This document shows, piece by piece, positions 47,174-61,666 of a DNA stretch of 64,000 bases. This DNA is from Alphaproteobacteria bacterium. GTDB lineage: Bacteria > Pseudomonadota > Alphaproteobacteria > Rickettsiales > UBA8987. The notes under the pieces were generated by a model, which had not been told where the DNA came from, searched no databases, and saw only the letters and a program-made list of their open reading frames with translations. The translations under genes and the position numbers were made by a program. The number at the start of each line of letters is the position of its first letter. Position 1 is the first letter of the stretch. The DNA lies in the NCBI GenBank assembly GCA_031426355.1, contig JANPLD010000068.1, positions 3,056-67,055 of the forward strand, read 5' to 3'.

Positions 47174-48378
47174 TAGCTCGCAGAAAATCCCTTAAGGTTA
47201 AGGTTGGAAATATCTATGTTGGTGGGGATGCGCCTGTTATTGTGCAGTCTATGACCAATACTGACACTGAAAATGTTGAGGCAACGGTTGCGCAAATATT
47301 GGAATTATCTCAGGCAGGTTCAGAAAAAGTACGCATAACAGTTAATACTGAGAATGCTGCGAAAGCAGTTCCATATATTAAAGAAAAACTCTTACTTAAA
47401 AATTGCGATGTGCCTGTAATTGGTGATTTCCATTATAATGGTCATCGTTTACTTACTGATTTTCCTGATTGTGCCAAGGCATTGGATAAATATCGCATTA
47501 ATCCCGGAAATGTAGGGTTTGGAAAAAAGCGCGACGTACAGTTTGAGGTGATGATACAGAAGGCCATTGAATATAATAAGCCTGTCCGCATTGGTGTGAA
47601 CTGGGGGAGTATGGATCAGGATTTAGTCGTTAAATTAATGGACGAAAATACCAGCTCTGCGAATCCCAAAGAAGCAAATGAGATCATGCGTAATGCTATT
47701 GTGCAATCATGTTTGATAAGCGCAAAAAAAGCAGAAGAGATAGGTTTACCGGCAGATAGAATTATACTTTCAGCAAAGGTTAGCCGTGTGAATGACCTTA
47801 TTGCGGTTTATGAAGATCTAGCTGCTCAATGCGAATATGCACTACATTTGGGATTAACAGAAGCAGGTATAGGTTCAAAGGGAATAGTAGCAACCACAGC
47901 GGGTTTATCATATTTGTTACTCCAAGGAATCGGCGATACAATACGTGCTTCACTCACGCCAAAACCGGGTGAGCCGAGAACTAAAGAAGTGGAAGTATGT
48001 CAGGAGATATTGCAATCAATCGGTATTCGCTCATTTACCCCGCAGGTTACGGCATGCCCGGGATGTGGGCGTACTACATCAACTTATTTTCAAGAGCTTG
48101 CAGACAATATCCAGAATTTCCTCCGTGATTCGATGCCGGTATGGAAAGAGAAATATGATGGTGTTGAAAAACTGAATGTTGCGGTGATGGGTTGCATTGT
48201 AAACGGCCCGGGAGAAAGTAAACATGCTGATATTGGTATATCATTGCCGGGAACAGGTGAAGCACCAAGCGCTCCGGTATTCATTGACGGTGAAAAAGCT
48301 ATGACACTCCGAGGTAATAAAATCGCCGAAGAGTTTCAGGAAATAGTAGAAAAATATATCGAAAAGAGGTTTGGATAA
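47170..48378 (+). CDS. ispG: HMBPP synthase
   Basis: [37 protein letters not shown]. Confidence 0.98.
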   Translation: MIARRKSLKVKVGNIYVGGDAPVIVQSMTNTDTENVEATVAQILELSQAGSEKVRITVNTENAAKAVPYIKEKLLLKNCDVPVIGDFHYNGHRLLTDFPDCAKALDKYRINPGNVGFGKKRDVQFEVMIQKAIEYNKPVRIGVNWGSMDQDLVVKLMDENTSSANPKEANEIMRNAIVQSCLISAKKAEEIGLPADRIILSAKVSRVNDLIAVYEDLAAQCEYALHLGLTEAGIGSKGIVATTAGLSYLLLQGIGDTIRASLTPKPGEPRTKEVEVCQEILQSIGIRSFTPQVTACPGCGRTTSTYFQELADNIQNFLRDSMPVWKEKYDGVEKLNVAVMGCIVNGPGESKHADIGISLPGTGEAPSAPVFIDGEKAMTLRGNKIAEEFQEIVEKYIEKRFG

Positions 48379-49594
48379 TATGCAGCCAGTACGCGGAACA
48401 AAGGATTATTTCGGTGAGGATGGGGAAATTTTTGAAACGATAATTAATACGGCAAAAAATATTGCTGAAAATTATAATTTTAAAACGCTTCATACGCCGA
48501 TATTTGAAGAGACGAATGTATTCACCAGAACGCTTGGTGAGGAAAGTGATGTTGTATCGAAAGAGATGTATTCGTTTGATACCAAGGGAGGAGAGAATAT
48601 TACGCTCAGGCCGGAATTTACGGCAGGTGTGGTAAGGGCTTTTATCTCTAATGGGTGGCAGCAATTATTACCTCTGAAATTATTTTCTTATGGCCCGGCA
48701 TTCAGGTATGAACGCCCACAGAAAGGCAGGCAGCGCCAGTTCCATCAGGTTAATTTTGAGTATTTCGGGAATGCAGAACCAACGGCTGACGCGGAACTTA
48801 TTATCTGCGCTGCTAATCTGCTAAAAAACCTTGGGATAACTGAGGGTCTCAAATTAAATATAAATACTTTAGGTGATAAAGAATCACGAGAGAATTATCA
48901 GAATGCTCTGGTTACTTATTTGAGTAAATATGAGAATGAATTATCAGAAGACAGCAAACGCCGCCTGACTAAAAATCCGCTCCGTATATTAGATTCGAAA
49001 GATCAGGGTGACAGGAAAATAGTTCAGAATGCTCCGATTATTACAGATCATTTAAGTGAATCTGCTAAGCAGTTCTTTGAGAAAGTGCAAAGCCTGATCG
49101 AAGGTAGTTTACATTGTCCGGTTATTTTGAATCCGAATATCGTTCGCGGGCTTGATTATTACAGTCATACCGTGTTTGAATTTATCTTAGAGAGTGGGGA
49201 ATTAGGCTCACAGAATACTATTCTGGCAGGTGGAAGATATGATGGCCTTGTGGAGCAGATGGGTGGTAATCCTACTCCGGCAGTAGGTTTTGCAGCAGGT
49301 ATTGAGAGATTAATGATGTCAGCTCGCGTAAGTGAAAAAACAAAACCACTGATAGTGGTAATTTCTGACTTTGAGGATAAAGCCATTAAAGCCGCAAATT
49401 TCTTAAGACAAAATAATATCAGGACTGAAGTAATTTTCTCAGGAAAATTCAGCAAAAAGATCCAGAAAGCAGATAAAATGAGCGCGCGGTATATTGTTTT
49501 TGTATTTGACACTCACCTTGAAATAAAGGATATGCAAAGCGGAGAACAGAAGCAGGCTACCCTTGAACAAATTAATAGTTTAATAAATCAGTAA
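48371..49594 (+). CDS. hisS: Histidine-tRNA ligase
   Basis: [30 protein letters not shown]; start TTG 48371 or ATG 48380. Confidence 0.97.
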   Translation: MDNMQPVRGTKDYFGEDGEIFETIINTAKNIAENYNFKTLHTPIFEETNVFTRTLGEESDVVSKEMYSFDTKGGENITLRPEFTAGVVRAFISNGWQQLLPLKLFSYGPAFRYERPQKGRQRQFHQVNFEYFGNAEPTADAELIICAANLLKNLGITEGLKLNINTLGDKESRENYQNALVTYLSKYENELSEDSKRRLTKNPLRILDSKDQGDRKIVQNAPIITDHLSESAKQFFEKVQSLIEGSLHCPVILNPNIVRGLDYYSHTVFEFILESGELGSQNTILAGGRYDGLVEQMGGNPTPAVGFAAGIERLMMSARVSEKTKPLIVVISDFEDKAIKAANFLRQNNIRTEVIFSGKFSKKIQKADKMSARYIVFVFDTHLEIKDMQSGEQKQATLEQINSLINQ

Positions 49595-50661
49595 TGTCTT
49601 TCGAGCAGAAATTAGAATCTATAATAGCAAAACATAAGGAGATGGGTGAAAAGCTCATGAATCCTGAATCCATGCCGTCTAAAGAGTTTGCCAGCCTTTC
49701 AAGGGAATATTCAAACTTAGCTGGTACGGTTGAGGAAATTGAAAAATTCCTAAGTATAAAAAGCTCTATTTCGCAGCTTGAGGAAATGGTTGCTGACCCA
49801 GAGATGAAGGAACTGGCTGAAGCAGAGCTCAAAGAAGCAAAAGATCAAATCCCGGTACTGGAAAAACAGATAAAGATCGCATTACTCCCAAGAGATGCAG
49901 CTGATACAAAGAATGCCATATTGGAGATACGCGCGGGAACGGGCGGTGATGAAGCTGCGATTTTTGTAGGTGATCTATTCAATATGTATCAGCGTTATGC
50001 AACGAAGCTAGGATGGCAGTTTGAGATAATGGAAATATCAGAAAGCGATATGGGCGGCTTTAAGGAAGTTATATGCAGTATTTCAGGAACTAATGTATTC
50101 GCGAAATTAAAATTTGAATCAGGCGTTCACAGGGTTCAGCGTGTTCCAAAAACTGAAACGCAGGGACGTATACATACATCAGCAGCAACGGTTGCAGTAC
50201 TTCCGGAAGCTGAAGATGTTGATATACAGATCGAAGATAAAGATATCCGCGTTGACGTATTCCGCGCGCAGGGTGCCGGCGGCCAGCACGTTAACAAAAC
50301 TGAATCAGCGGTTCGTGTAACTCATATTCCAACGGGCTTAGCCGTTGCGCAGCAAACTGAAAAATCCCAGCATAAAAATAAAGCCCACGCGATGAAACTT
50401 CTTAAATCACGCCTTTATGAAATGCAGAGGCAGAAGCTTGAACAGGAACGCGCATCCGCACGTAAAAGCCAGGTTGGCAGCGGTGACAGAAGTGAGAAGA
50501 TCCGCACTTACAATTACCCGCAAGATAGAATTACTGACCACCGAATTGGCGTAAGCATCTTCAATATTGAGAAAGTTGTTGATGAGGGAAATATCGGTCA
50601 GGTAATTGACGCGCTTATAGTTGATGAGCAGGAAAAATTACTTGCGGAATTGGGAAATTAA
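49594..50661 (+). CDS. prfA: Peptide chain release factor 1
   Basis: PKT specificity tripeptide, GGQ motif, RTYNYPQ. Confidence 0.98.
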   Translation: MSFEQKLESIIAKHKEMGEKLMNPESMPSKEFASLSREYSNLAGTVEEIEKFLSIKSSISQLEEMVADPEMKELAEAELKEAKDQIPVLEKQIKIALLPRDAADTKNAILEIRAGTGGDEAAIFVGDLFNMYQRYATKLGWQFEIMEISESDMGGFKEVICSISGTNVFAKLKFESGVHRVQRVPKTETQGRIHTSAATVAVLPEAEDVDIQIEDKDIRVDVFRAQGAGGQHVNKTESAVRVTHIPTGLAVAQQTEKSQHKNKAHAMKLLKSRLYEMQRQKLEQERASARKSQVGSGDRSEKIRTYNYPQDRITDHRIGVSIFNIEKVVDEGNIGQVIDALIVDEQEKLLAELGN

Positions 50662-51911
50662 ACTCTTTGCCACGAAGGGGTTTGTCCTATTCTGATAACC
50701 CGTGCTTTTTCCGATAAAGTTTGAGTTGGTGATGGGGTATCAATTTCATTTTCATTAAAAGAAAATTTTTCTTTAATTGCCTGCCCTTTTTCAATTTCTG
50801 CTACCGGGCTTCTTTTAGGGTTCTTCGTATAATGGCCTATCCTCATCGTGGCTATATAATTTCTGCCATTTTCAAGGAAAAGCTGTAAATGTTTGGCATA
50901 ATCAGCGCCTAGATCAACCACACTAAGCACCCCTTTTAAATAAGCTTTCCCTACCTCATTTAATTTTCCTGTTTCCAGATCAACGCCTTCCCGGGCATTT
51001 ATTCCAACTGCTGCATCTGCTGCGCGATATCCTCTACGGCCCATTTCTTCATTATCAATAATAGTAGAAAAAGATTCATCATTTAAAATATTGTCGTAAT
51101 ATGTATCACAGTGAATGTGGCCTTTAGCCAATTTTGCATGCTGTTTTTTTAATTCTTTATATTTTACCTGTACCTCTCTACATCTATCTATATGCGCAAA
51201 AATAAAATCTTTTGTTAATTCTAAATCATTCTTATCTGACGATATAGGCAGCTCATTTCTTTCTCTTAGGTTTTGTGCAAGAATATTAAGCCTTTCAGAA
51301 AATTCTCCTGTTTCAGGATTATAAATTTTTTTAAGTTTCCTTATCTGATGGGCAGGATCATAAGGATCTTTATTTGCAATTCTTTTTTTTGCTGTTTCAC
51401 TATGGAATATATTATCCAGTACCATCATTCCCGCAGAAAATTCTCTGCCCTGCCTATATGCTATAGCAGGATCAAATTCTTTTGTAGGATCATAAGACAA
51501 AAGTGTGCCTGAGGCTTTTTCACAAATATAAAATGCTTTCTGCAACTCAACTTTTTTACCATCTATAATTTCAGTAACATCAATTATTCCTTTAAGTAAA
51601 ATTTTAGGAAAACGTACTTTTATCTCTTCACCAAACTTATCATATACACTATGAAGCCTCTCCCCTGCTTTCTGAATATGAGTTGTTATGCTCAAACCTT
51701 TTTTAGGAAGGATTCCATGAAATAAATTAGTCTGCGGGGTTTCTATAACAACATAAAAATTCTGCAGTTTTTTATCTTTTTCGGCCTGAATTATATGATA
51801 GTTGATATCGCCAACAGATTTATTGGTGCCATTAGTATTATCTTCAAAGCTAATATTACTATATCCTATTTGTTCTAAATGTTTGGTGATTGCCTGTTTA
51901 TTAGTTGCCAT
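50658..51911 (-). CDS. Orphan APH/homoserine-kinase(type II)-like phosphotransferase; candidate effector
   Basis: [13 protein letters not shown] catalytic loop, IIDNE metal-binding motif, RAADAA. Confidence 0.65.
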   Translation of the reverse strand: MATNKQAITKHLEQIGYSNISFEDNTNGTNKSVGDINYHIIQAEKDKKLQNFYVVIETPQTNLFHGILPKKGLSITTHIQKAGERLHSVYDKFGEEIKVRFPKILLKGIIDVTEIIDGKKVELQKAFYICEKASGTLLSYDPTKEFDPAIAYRQGREFSAGMMVLDNIFHSETAKKRIANKDPYDPAHQIRKLKKIYNPETGEFSERLNILAQNLRERNELPISSDKNDLELTKDFIFAHIDRCREVQVKYKELKKQHAKLAKGHIHCDTYYDNILNDESFSTIIDNEEMGRRGYRAADAAVGINAREGVDLETGKLNEVGKAYLKGVLSVVDLGADYAKHLQLFLENGRNYIATMRIGHYTKNPKRSPVAEIEKGQAIKEKFSFNENEIDTPSPTQTLSEKARVIRIGQTPSWQRV

Positions 51912-51955
51912 CTTTTCCCTTCTATTCCTTCAAATTCTTGGTATTACAATCATAC

Positions 51956-51987
51956 AATTTATGGTAAAATGGTTAAGAAATCATTAA
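51956..51987 (-). promoter_or_regulatory. Full CtrA-type box plus -10 upstream of kinase-like orphan
   Basis: Minus strand TTAA-TGATTTC-TTAAC (51987-51972); TAAATT at 51961-51956. Confidence 0.6.
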
Positions 51988-52011
51988 GAAATACAAGCAA
52001 TTTGAACGAAT

Positions 52012-52893
52012 ATGCCGGAACCAGAAAATAAATATCTTAAAACCGCTTGGAAGAACGCTGCGAACAGGCTTCGTAAGGCCGGGGTGAAGACGCCATTGCT
52101 TGATAGCAGGCTGCTTTTACAGAATGTGCTTGGTATCACTTATGAGCAATTGCTGGTTTCTGCAACACGTGAACTTTCTGATGAGGAAAGCCAAGGTTTT
52201 GAATCCTATATAATGCGCCGCCTTAAACGTGAGCCTGTGGCTAAGATATTGGAAGAAAAGGAGTTTTGGGGTTTGAAATTCAAAACTACTCAGGCAACCC
52301 TTGATCCGCGCCCTGATACTGAAACGCTTATTGAGTCGGTTCTCAGGAACTTTAAAGATAAGGAAAGACCGTTCAAAATACTTGATCTTGGTACGGGAAC
52401 GGGATGTATAATAATTTCCCTGCTTAAGGAATATCCTAACGCTACGGGACTTGGCGTTGATAAATCGCTTGATGCTTTACAGGTTGCGCGTGAAAATTCC
52501 GAGAAAAATAATACAGCCAATCGGCTGGATTTTGTTCAGTCTGATTGGTTTTCTAATGTTACGGATAAATACGATATTATCGTTTCTAACCCGCCTTATA
52601 TTAAAAATGATTCAATACAGCATCTCTCGGAAGAGGTTGCTTTGTTTGAACCGAAACTAGCGCTTGAAGGCGGCAATGAAGGGCTTGATGCTTATAAAAA
52701 TATAGCAGAAAAAATAGAAGGTTTTTTAAACCCACATGCCAAAGCTTTTTTTGAGCTAGGAAAATGGCAGGAAGAGCCTGTTGCAGAGATAATAAATAAA
52801 AAAGGGTTTCAGGTAGCTGAAGTATGGGAAGACCTGGCTGGAGTTCCAAGAGTTATGGTTTTCCATAAGCCGTTTTTGAAAGTCGTAAAGTAA
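52012..52893 (+). CDS. prmC: Release factor glutamine methyltransferase
   Basis: PRPDTE, LDLGTGTG, SNPPY. Confidence 0.96.
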   Translation: MPEPENKYLKTAWKNAANRLRKAGVKTPLLDSRLLLQNVLGITYEQLLVSATRELSDEESQGFESYIMRRLKREPVAKILEEKEFWGLKFKTTQATLDPRPDTETLIESVLRNFKDKERPFKILDLGTGTGCIIISLLKEYPNATGLGVDKSLDALQVARENSEKNNTANRLDFVQSDWFSNVTDKYDIIVSNPPYIKNDSIQHLSEEVALFEPKLALEGGNEGLDAYKNIAEKIEGFLNPHAKAFFELGKWQEEPVAEIINKKGFQVAEVWEDLAGVPRVMVFHKPFLKVVK

Positions 52894-54546
52894 TTATCTT
52901 TTAAGCCTTACTGCTGCGGCGCGCGCTTCCTTAGTAACATCAACACCGGCGATCATACGGGCGATCTCTTCATCAGATTCTTTTTTAGTTAATTTTTTAG
53001 CAGTTATTTCCGCTTCATCTTTTGCAGTTATTTTTGAAACCAGAATATGTGAATCAGCTTTGGCGGCCATTTGAGGTGAGTGGGTAATGCAGATTATCTG
53101 CTGGTTCTTGCTAAGGCGTTTAATTCTTTCTCCTACCAGATCAGCTGTAGCGCCGCCAATGCCTGCATCTATCTCATCAAATATCAGACACGCGGAGGAT
53201 TTTATATCTGACAGGGAAATTTTAAGCGCGAGCATCACTCGGGAAGTTTCACCACCTGAAGCAACTTTTGCAAGCTCCGCGAAAGCCTGACCGGGATTTG
53301 TTGACACTTTAAATATTACTTCATCAAAACCGTTTGAACAAAATTTGTTTTCTTTTTCGTTTATATCTACCTGAAACTTTGCACCTTTCATGTTTAGAAT
53401 TGGAAGTTCATCTGAAACTTCATGCCCGAGTTTTTCGGCTGATTGTTTTCTTTTTGCTGATATCTTTTCAGCTAACTCCAGATAATTCTTTTCAACTTCT
53501 TTTTCTTTTTTCTGCAAAACTTTCAAAGATTCATTAGAATTTTTTATATTAGATAATTTTTGTTTAAACTCTGTGATCAAGTTCAGGAGGCCATCACATG
53601 ACGTATTATATTTACGCGAGAATTCGCGTAAAGTGAAAAGCCTTTCCTCAACTTCATCCAAATTATTTTCTTCCGATGAAATTTCTTCGACAAGATTATT
53701 AACTTCATTTTCAATCTTGTCTGTTTCAATAATTGAATTTTCAATTGATGACAGGAGCGAAGATATTTTTTCCTCACCTAAATGAGAAGAAAGTTTATTT
53801 AAGGATTTTTGTATCTGCAGAAGCGAGCGTGTTATCTGCAAAGATTCTAAAGATTTATTAGCAGAATCAAGAATTTCCAGAATTTTATTCTGGTTTGAAA
53901 GTTTTTGTTTTCTATCAAAAAGCCTTGTTTCTTCACCTTCTTCAGGATTGAATTTTTCTAGTTCATTGATGGCATATTGAAGGAAATCTTTTTCTTTTTC
54001 GCGTTCATTTGCCTGCGAAATATTTTCTTCGATTTGGCTTTTCAAATCTTTCAATTCTTTAAAAATGCCTAAAAGCGCAGCTTTCTCTTTTGAAAGACTG
54101 GAATATTGGTCAAGAATCTCAATATGATTTTTTCTATCTAGAAGACCGGTAAAGTCATTCTGGCGATAGGATTCGATCAGATATTCAGAGATATTTTTTA
54201 ATAGGTTTGTGCTTACCGGAGAATCATTAATATAGACTTGAGATTTTGAAGAAGTTACTGAACGCCTGATAATTATATTATCCTCAGCTTCAATATCGCT
54301 TTCACTTAATATCTCTTTTACTTTTTTATTGTTACTAATGTCAAATTCAAGGGATACCGCACCTTTCTCAGTGATCTGGTTATTATTTATCCTGGTGTTT
54401 TTTGAGCCCAGACAAAATGCGATCGTATCAAGCAAAATAGATTTTCCTGAACCTGTTTCACCCGTAATCAAGTTAAAGGAGTCAGAAAAATCCAAATCTA
54501 TTGATCTTATCAGGGATATGTTTTTTATGTTTAGTGAGAGCAGCAT
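52894..54546 (-). CDS. recN: DNA repair protein RecN
   Basis: TGETGSGKS, coiled coil, ASGGE, IFDEIDAG, ITH. Start taken at ATG 54546 (TAATG overlap with the upstream gene). Confidence 0.96.
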   Translation of the reverse strand: MLLSLNIKNISLIRSIDLDFSDSFNLITGETGSGKSILLDTIAFCLGSKNTRINNNQITEKGAVSLEFDISNNKKVKEILSESDIEAEDNIIIRRSVTSSKSQVYINDSPVSTNLLKNISEYLIESYRQNDFTGLLDRKNHIEILDQYSSLSKEKAALLGIFKELKDLKSQIEENISQANEREKEKDFLQYAINELEKFNPEEGEETRLFDRKQKLSNQNKILEILDSANKSLESLQITRSLLQIQKSLNKLSSHLGEEKISSLLSSIENSIIETDKIENEVNNLVEEISSEENNLDEVEERLFTLREFSRKYNTSCDGLLNLITEFKQKLSNIKNSNESLKVLQKKEKEVEKNYLELAEKISAKRKQSAEKLGHEVSDELPILNMKGAKFQVDINEKENKFCSNGFDEVIFKVSTNPGQAFAELAKVASGGETSRVMLALKISLSDIKSSACLIFDEIDAGIGGATADLVGERIKRLSKNQQIICITHSPQMAAKADSHILVSKITAKDEAEITAKKLTKKESDEEIARMIAGVDVTKEARAAAVRLKR

Positions 54547-55397
54547 TAATTTTGTATTTCTTTCTTTATTGTATCCAGAATTTCTGAGGCATTCCAAGTT
54601 ATATGACCGCAATTTTCAAGAGGAAATAATTTTATATCAAGCCCCCTTTCCTCGCCTCTTTTTAGCAGTTCTTCACTATGATGGAAAGGAGTTGTTTGAT
54701 CTTCCACGGGGTGGAATAGTAAAAATTTTCCTTTAAAACTGGTGTTTTCCAAAGTGTTTTTATTATCAAACGCATGATGCAGAACTTTGGTAAGATCAAA
54801 ATCTTTAAATTCAGGATAGGATTCTTTGGTCTTATCAACAAGATTGGTGAAAGACGCGACAATAACAACTGCCAATATATTTTTGTAATCCAAAGTTTCA
54901 TTCATCTTCAGAGCATTTGTAGCACCTAAAGATTCACCAAATATTATTAATTTAGGATAATTTTCTTTTTCCAAAAACTTTGCGACTGCTAGTTTATCTT
55001 TTGCAAAATTCTCTTCAGATGGCCTTCCTGTGGAGGAGCCATAACCACGGTTTGAAACAGCAACAAAGCCATTACCATTTTTTATAATTTCTTTGAGTAA
55101 TTTTAAACGATATTCGCGGTTATAATTTTCGTTTTTACTAGGTTTTCCGACATCGCCCCAATGGCCAGTGTTGCCATGGAAAAGAATGAACATTATGCCA
55201 TTTGGATTTTCAGGTTGTTTTACCCATAATGTCAGCCTGTCATTATCTTCTGTTTCAATAGAAATAGTTGTGGTTTCAGGCAGGGAGTATTCTTCCGCAG
55301 TTTTTACCGCGTCAACATTTGAAGGGTAAGGCCTGAAGATAAACCTATCCTGCAGAAGCGACATTACAAAAAGTTTGATGTGGGAAATAAATCTCAT
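54546..55397 (-). CDS. Alpha/beta hydrolase
   Basis: FHGN, RGYG, GESLG nucleophile elbow, downstream D and GH. Confidence 0.9.
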   Translation of the reverse strand: MRFISHIKLFVMSLLQDRFIFRPYPSNVDAVKTAEEYSLPETTTISIETEDNDRLTLWVKQPENPNGIMFILFHGNTGHWGDVGKPSKNENYNREYRLKLLKEIIKNGNGFVAVSNRGYGSSTGRPSEENFAKDKLAVAKFLEKENYPKLIIFGESLGATNALKMNETLDYKNILAVVIVASFTNLVDKTKESYPEFKDFDLTKVLHHAFDNKNTLENTSFKGKFLLFHPVEDQTTPFHHSEELLKRGEERGLDIKLFPLENCGHITWNASEILDTIKKEIQN

Positions 55398-55424
55398 AAG
55401 ACGGGTTTTCCCTTATCTTACCAA

Positions 55425-56930
55425 TCAATAATGCCTCTGCCTATAGGAAAGTGCTTCAGCAATATGATTTTTTTCTATAATGTCGCTTGCTGCCATATCG
55501 GCAATTGTACGGCCTAAACGCATAACACGAGTATATCCGCGCATGGATAATTTCAGACTTTCAGAACCTTTTTCAAGCAGCGTTTTAGCTTCATTTGTCA
55601 TGACGCAGAATCTTTCAAGGTCAGCGCCAACCAGATCAGAATTGTTCCTGTATGGCAAATCTTTATATCTTTCTTTTTGAATATTCCGGCAATTAACAAC
55701 CCTTTCCTTGATAGTTTTTGAGCTGTCGCCCGTTGTCATATTAAATGCCTGATGAGCGTTCTGCTCAGAAACTTCTATATAGATATCAAACCTGTCAAGG
55801 AGTGGCCCTGATATCTTGCCCTGATATTCGTTAGCGCATTTTGGTGCGCGTGAGCAGGCTTTTGCTGCGTTATCAAGATAGCCGCATTTGCATGGGTTCA
55901 TGGCGGCAATGAACTGGAAATTCGCGGGATAGGTAATGTGGGAATTAACACGCGATATGGTAACTTCACGCGCTTCCAAAGGTTGCCGAAGGCTGTCTAA
56001 AACCTGACGTGGAAATTCAGGAAGTTCATCCAGAAATAAAATGCCGTTATGCGAAAGTGAAACTTCACCGGGTTTAGCGCGCGTGCCGCCACCTGTCATC
56101 GCAGGCATGGAACAATTATGATGCGGGCTTCTGAATGGGCGGGAGGAAATTAAGCCACCCTCTTTTATATGGCCACCAATTGAATGTATCATTGAGGTTT
56201 CCAGAATCTCGCGAGGTTCAAGATCAGGAAGGATACCGGGAATTCTTGCGGCGATCATAGATTTGCCGGAGCCGGGTGGGCCGCTCATAAGTAAATTATG
56301 ACCGCCAGAAGCACATATCTCAGCGGCACGTTTGGCAGATTCCTGACCTCTAATATCTATAAAATCAGGATATTTAATTACTTCAGTTTTTATCTCTAAT
56401 TTGGGGCGAGGTATAACTTGAGTGCCCTTAAAATGGTTTAGCAATTGAACAATGAAAGAGGGTGCTAAAATATCAAGATCATCTCCAGCCCAGCAGGCTT
56501 CCTGAGAATTATCATTAGCGCATATTAAGCCGCGGTTTTTACCTAGTGCCGAGATTGCAGCGGGTAATATTCCACTTACTGGAATTATTCCCGCATCTAG
56601 AGATATTTCACCCATTGCATAGTAGCGGAGAATCTCATCCTGCGGCAATAAATTCATTGAGGTCAGGAGCGCCAGAATTATCGGGAGGTCATAATGGCTG
56701 CCTTCCTTAAATACATCTGCGGGGGAGAGATTCACTACCACACGTTTCGCCGGAAAGCTTAGCCCGAGAGAAGAGAATGCAGCCCTGATACGCTCACGCG
56801 ATTCTGCAACGGCTTTGTCAGGAAGGCCTACAATATGGAAGTTTACCATGCCGGAAGCTATCTGGCATTGCACGTCAACATCTACGGTTTCAATACCGTT
56901 AAAAGAAAATGTTGATACTCTTGAAACCAT
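55425..56930 (-). CDS. comM: YifB/ComM Mg-chelatase-like AAA+ ATPase
   Basis: VGLPDKAVAESRER, GPPGSGKSM, PFRSPHH, LDELPEF, SGPLLDR. Confidence 0.93.
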   Translation of the reverse strand: MVSRVSTFSFNGIETVDVDVQCQIASGMVNFHIVGLPDKAVAESRERIRAAFSSLGLSFPAKRVVVNLSPADVFKEGSHYDLPIILALLTSMNLLPQDEILRYYAMGEISLDAGIIPVSGILPAAISALGKNRGLICANDNSQEACWAGDDLDILAPSFIVQLLNHFKGTQVIPRPKLEIKTEVIKYPDFIDIRGQESAKRAAEICASGGHNLLMSGPPGSGKSMIAARIPGILPDLEPREILETSMIHSIGGHIKEGGLISSRPFRSPHHNCSMPAMTGGGTRAKPGEVSLSHNGILFLDELPEFPRQVLDSLRQPLEAREVTISRVNSHITYPANFQFIAAMNPCKCGYLDNAAKACSRAPKCANEYQGKISGPLLDRFDIYIEVSEQNAHQAFNMTTGDSSKTIKERVVNCRNIQKERYKDLPYRNNSDLVGADLERFCVMTNEAKTLLEKGSESLKLSMRGYTRVMRLGRTIADMAASDIIEKNHIAEALSYRQRHY

Positions 56931-56992
56931 AAATAATTTTAATTTTCTCTACCTATAGTAGACGCACCTTAAAAAGACAAATAATATACATG

Positions 56993-57412
56993 TTATGAAA
57001 CAAGATATTTACTGAAAAATTCTAAAACCTCGGCTGGTATCCTAATAGATTTTATCCTTGAACCTTCATTAGTTACGCAAACTATAAGTATTTTCACATC
57101 TGCGAGCTTGTCGCCATGATGGTTAAAGCAGTTTTGTGTCATTTCTACTGATGAGGCCCCTATTTTAGTTATAATCGTTTCAACCAGTATCTCATCATCC
57201 AGACGGCCAGGGTTCTGATAATCAACCTCTGCTTTCTTGACTACGAAGAATACATTCTTCTCTTCCATCAGTCTTCTATGGTCATAACCGCTCTCACGCA
57301 GGAAATCAGTACGGGCACGCTCGGCAAATTTAAGAAAGTTGGCATAGTAAACTACCCCTCCGGCATCAGTATCTTCATAGTAAACACGGTATTTTTTAGT
57401 GAATTTGCTCAT
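56993..57412 (-). CDS. ybgC: YbgC-family acyl-CoA thioesterase
   Basis: RVYYEDTDAGGVVYYANFLKFAERAR. Confidence 0.92.
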   Translation of the reverse strand: MSKFTKKYRVYYEDTDAGGVVYYANFLKFAERARTDFLRESGYDHRRLMEEKNVFFVVKKAEVDYQNPGRLDDEILVETIITKIGASSVEMTQNCFNHHGDKLADVKILIVCVTNEGSRIKSIRIPAEVLEFFSKYLVS

Positions 57413-57437
57413 TTTGCTTCCTCTTTCTGTTCCTTAG

Positions 57438-59637
<2,200 letters not shown>

Positions 59638-59641
<4 letters not shown>

Positions 59642-60933
59642 AGCCTCACCTTCACTGATAATCCATGTGCATCAAGGTTTTCCTTCTTAGCAAATAACAT
59701 TGCGTGTGGTGCAAGTTCCTCAAAAGATTCTTTAGTACATTTTATCATTGAGGTACGCTTCATGAAATCAAGCACGCCAAGGCCGGAGGAAAATTTTGCA
59801 GTTGCTGAGGTTGGTAGAACGTGGCTTGGGCCTGCTACATAATCACCAATTGCTTCAGGAGTGTAAGCACCTAGGAATATTGCTCCGGCATTATGTATCT
59901 TGCGTGAGAATTTTTCTGGGTCGGCAGTTATTATTTCAAGATGTTCCGCTGCTATCATGTTTGCAATCTCAACGCCTTCCTTATCCAAATTTTCAACGAT
60001 GATTATCGTGCCGTTATTTTTTATACTCTGTGAAGCGATATCAGTTTTGGATATTCGCTCTACCATAACTTCCAGTTCCTTATTCACTTTATCAGCCAGC
60101 TCCTCAGAGTCAGTGATAAGTATTGATCTTGCTGATTCATCATGTTCTGCCTGTGAAAGCAGGTCAGCCGCAACATGTTTAGGATGAGCCGACTCATCAG
60201 CAATAACTAATATCTCGGAAGGGCCTGCAACGGAATCTATCCCCACTTTACCAAATACTTGTCTTTTAGCTTCTGCCACATAGGAATTACCCGGGCCAAC
60301 TATTTTCACGACACGTTTTATGGATTCAGTTCCATATGCAAGTGCTGCAACCGCCTGGGCGCCGCCGATCTTATATATCTCACTTATGCCGCATATTTTT
60401 GCTGCCTGCAGAAGTATAGGATTCAGAACACCTTCCTGCGTTGGTGTCACCATCACTATTCTTTTAACGCCTGCAACAAGCGCCGGAACAGCGTTCATCA
60501 AAACTGAAGATGGGTAGAAAGCTTTACCGCCCGGAACATAAAGTCCCACAGAATCAACCGCGTTCCACTTCCAGCCTAGCTGGTTACCTGATTCGTCTTT
60601 GAATTTCTCATCAGAAGGTTTCTGGCGTTCATGATAATCCCTTATCCTTTTGTAAGAGAATTCCATAGTTTTAAGAAATTCCTTATCAGCTTTTTTGAGA
60701 GCTTCATTTATCTCATCTTCCGTAACCCTGATATTCGATTCATTAATATCAAAATTATCGAATTTCTTGGTATATTCAAAGACCGCAGAATTTTTGCGGT
60801 TTATTACATCAGCAATAATATCTGAAACAGTAGAAGCTATTTTCTTATCAGAAGAAGGGTCTACCGAAAACAGATCTTCAAGTTGTTTGATATCAGCATC
60901 TATTTTATATTTGATCTTCTTAAGCATTTTCAA
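59638..60933 (-). CDS. hisD: Histidinol dehydrogenase
   Basis: GLYVPGG, GGAQA, GPGN, AGPSE, QAEH, GPSHVLPT. Confidence 0.98.
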
Positions 60934-61561
60934 ATTTTTTTATTATCGCTGAAAGCTCTTTTTTACGTGTAGTATAAGCTTGGCGGTTAGCGATCAGCTT
61001 GGAAGACACATCAGCAAGTTTTTCACCTTCCGCCATATCATTAGCCTTAAGCGTTTTGCCGGTACTTACCAGATCAACTATCCTATTACACAGACCGAGC
61101 ATTGGAGCCAGCTCAATTGAGCCGTTAAGCTTAATACATTCTGCCTGAATGCCTTTGCTCTCAAAATATTTTTTAGTGAAATTCACATATTTTGTGGCAA
61201 TACGGATATGGCTCTGGTTCCAGAAATTTTTATCCTGAGCGAGTTTTTTAGGTGCGGCAATGGAAAGCCTACATTTTCCTATTTCAAGGTCTGAGAGCGT
61301 ATAGATATTATCGTAATCGAATTCCAAGAGAACATCACTACCGCAAATACCGATATGCGCTGCGCCGAAAGAGACAAAAGTTGCAACATCAAAACTGCGC
61401 ACTTTTATGAATTTGATATTTTTTTCTGAGCTTTCAAATACTAATTTACGGGAATTTTCTGAATAAAATTCCTTCTCAGGTGTTATACCTGATTTTTTGA
61501 AGATAGGGTCTAACTCTTCAAGTATCCTTCCCTTTGGAACTGCAATTATAATGTCTTTCAC
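60920..61561 (-). CDS. hisG: ATP phosphoribosyltransferase, short (HisZ-dependent) form
   Basis: PKGRI, IATKY, GSIELAP, DLVSTGKTL; 213 aa. Confidence 0.95.
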   Translation of the reverse strand: MKDIIIAVPKGRILEELDPIFKKSGITPEKEFYSENSRKLVFESSEKNIKFIKVRSFDVATFVSFGAAHIGICGSDVLLEFDYDNIYTLSDLEIGKCRLSIAAPKKLAQDKNFWNQSHIRIATKYVNFTKKYFESKGIQAECIKLNGSIELAPMLGLCNRIVDLVSTGKTLKANDMAEGEKLADVSSKLIANRQAYTTRKKELSAIIKKFENA

Positions 61562-61619
61562 GGTCTGAAATGTTTGTGTGCTTGGTTTATAAGGGAAAAC
61601 AGCGTTTTCTTCAAGGCAT

Positions 61620-61646
61620 AAAAAAGGCCGCTCTAAGGCGGCCTTT
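61620..61646 (-). terminator. Intrinsic terminator after rhodanese gene
   Basis: Minus strand AAAGGCCGC-loop-GCGGCCTTTTTT. Confidence 0.85.
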
Positions 61647-61666
61647 GTAATATAATATAAACTAAA

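Noticed and set aside
54547-54612. N-terminal extension of RecN given in the ORF track
   Set aside because: It overlaps the upstream hydrolase. ATG 54546 gives the canonical MLLSL start with a TAATG coupling.
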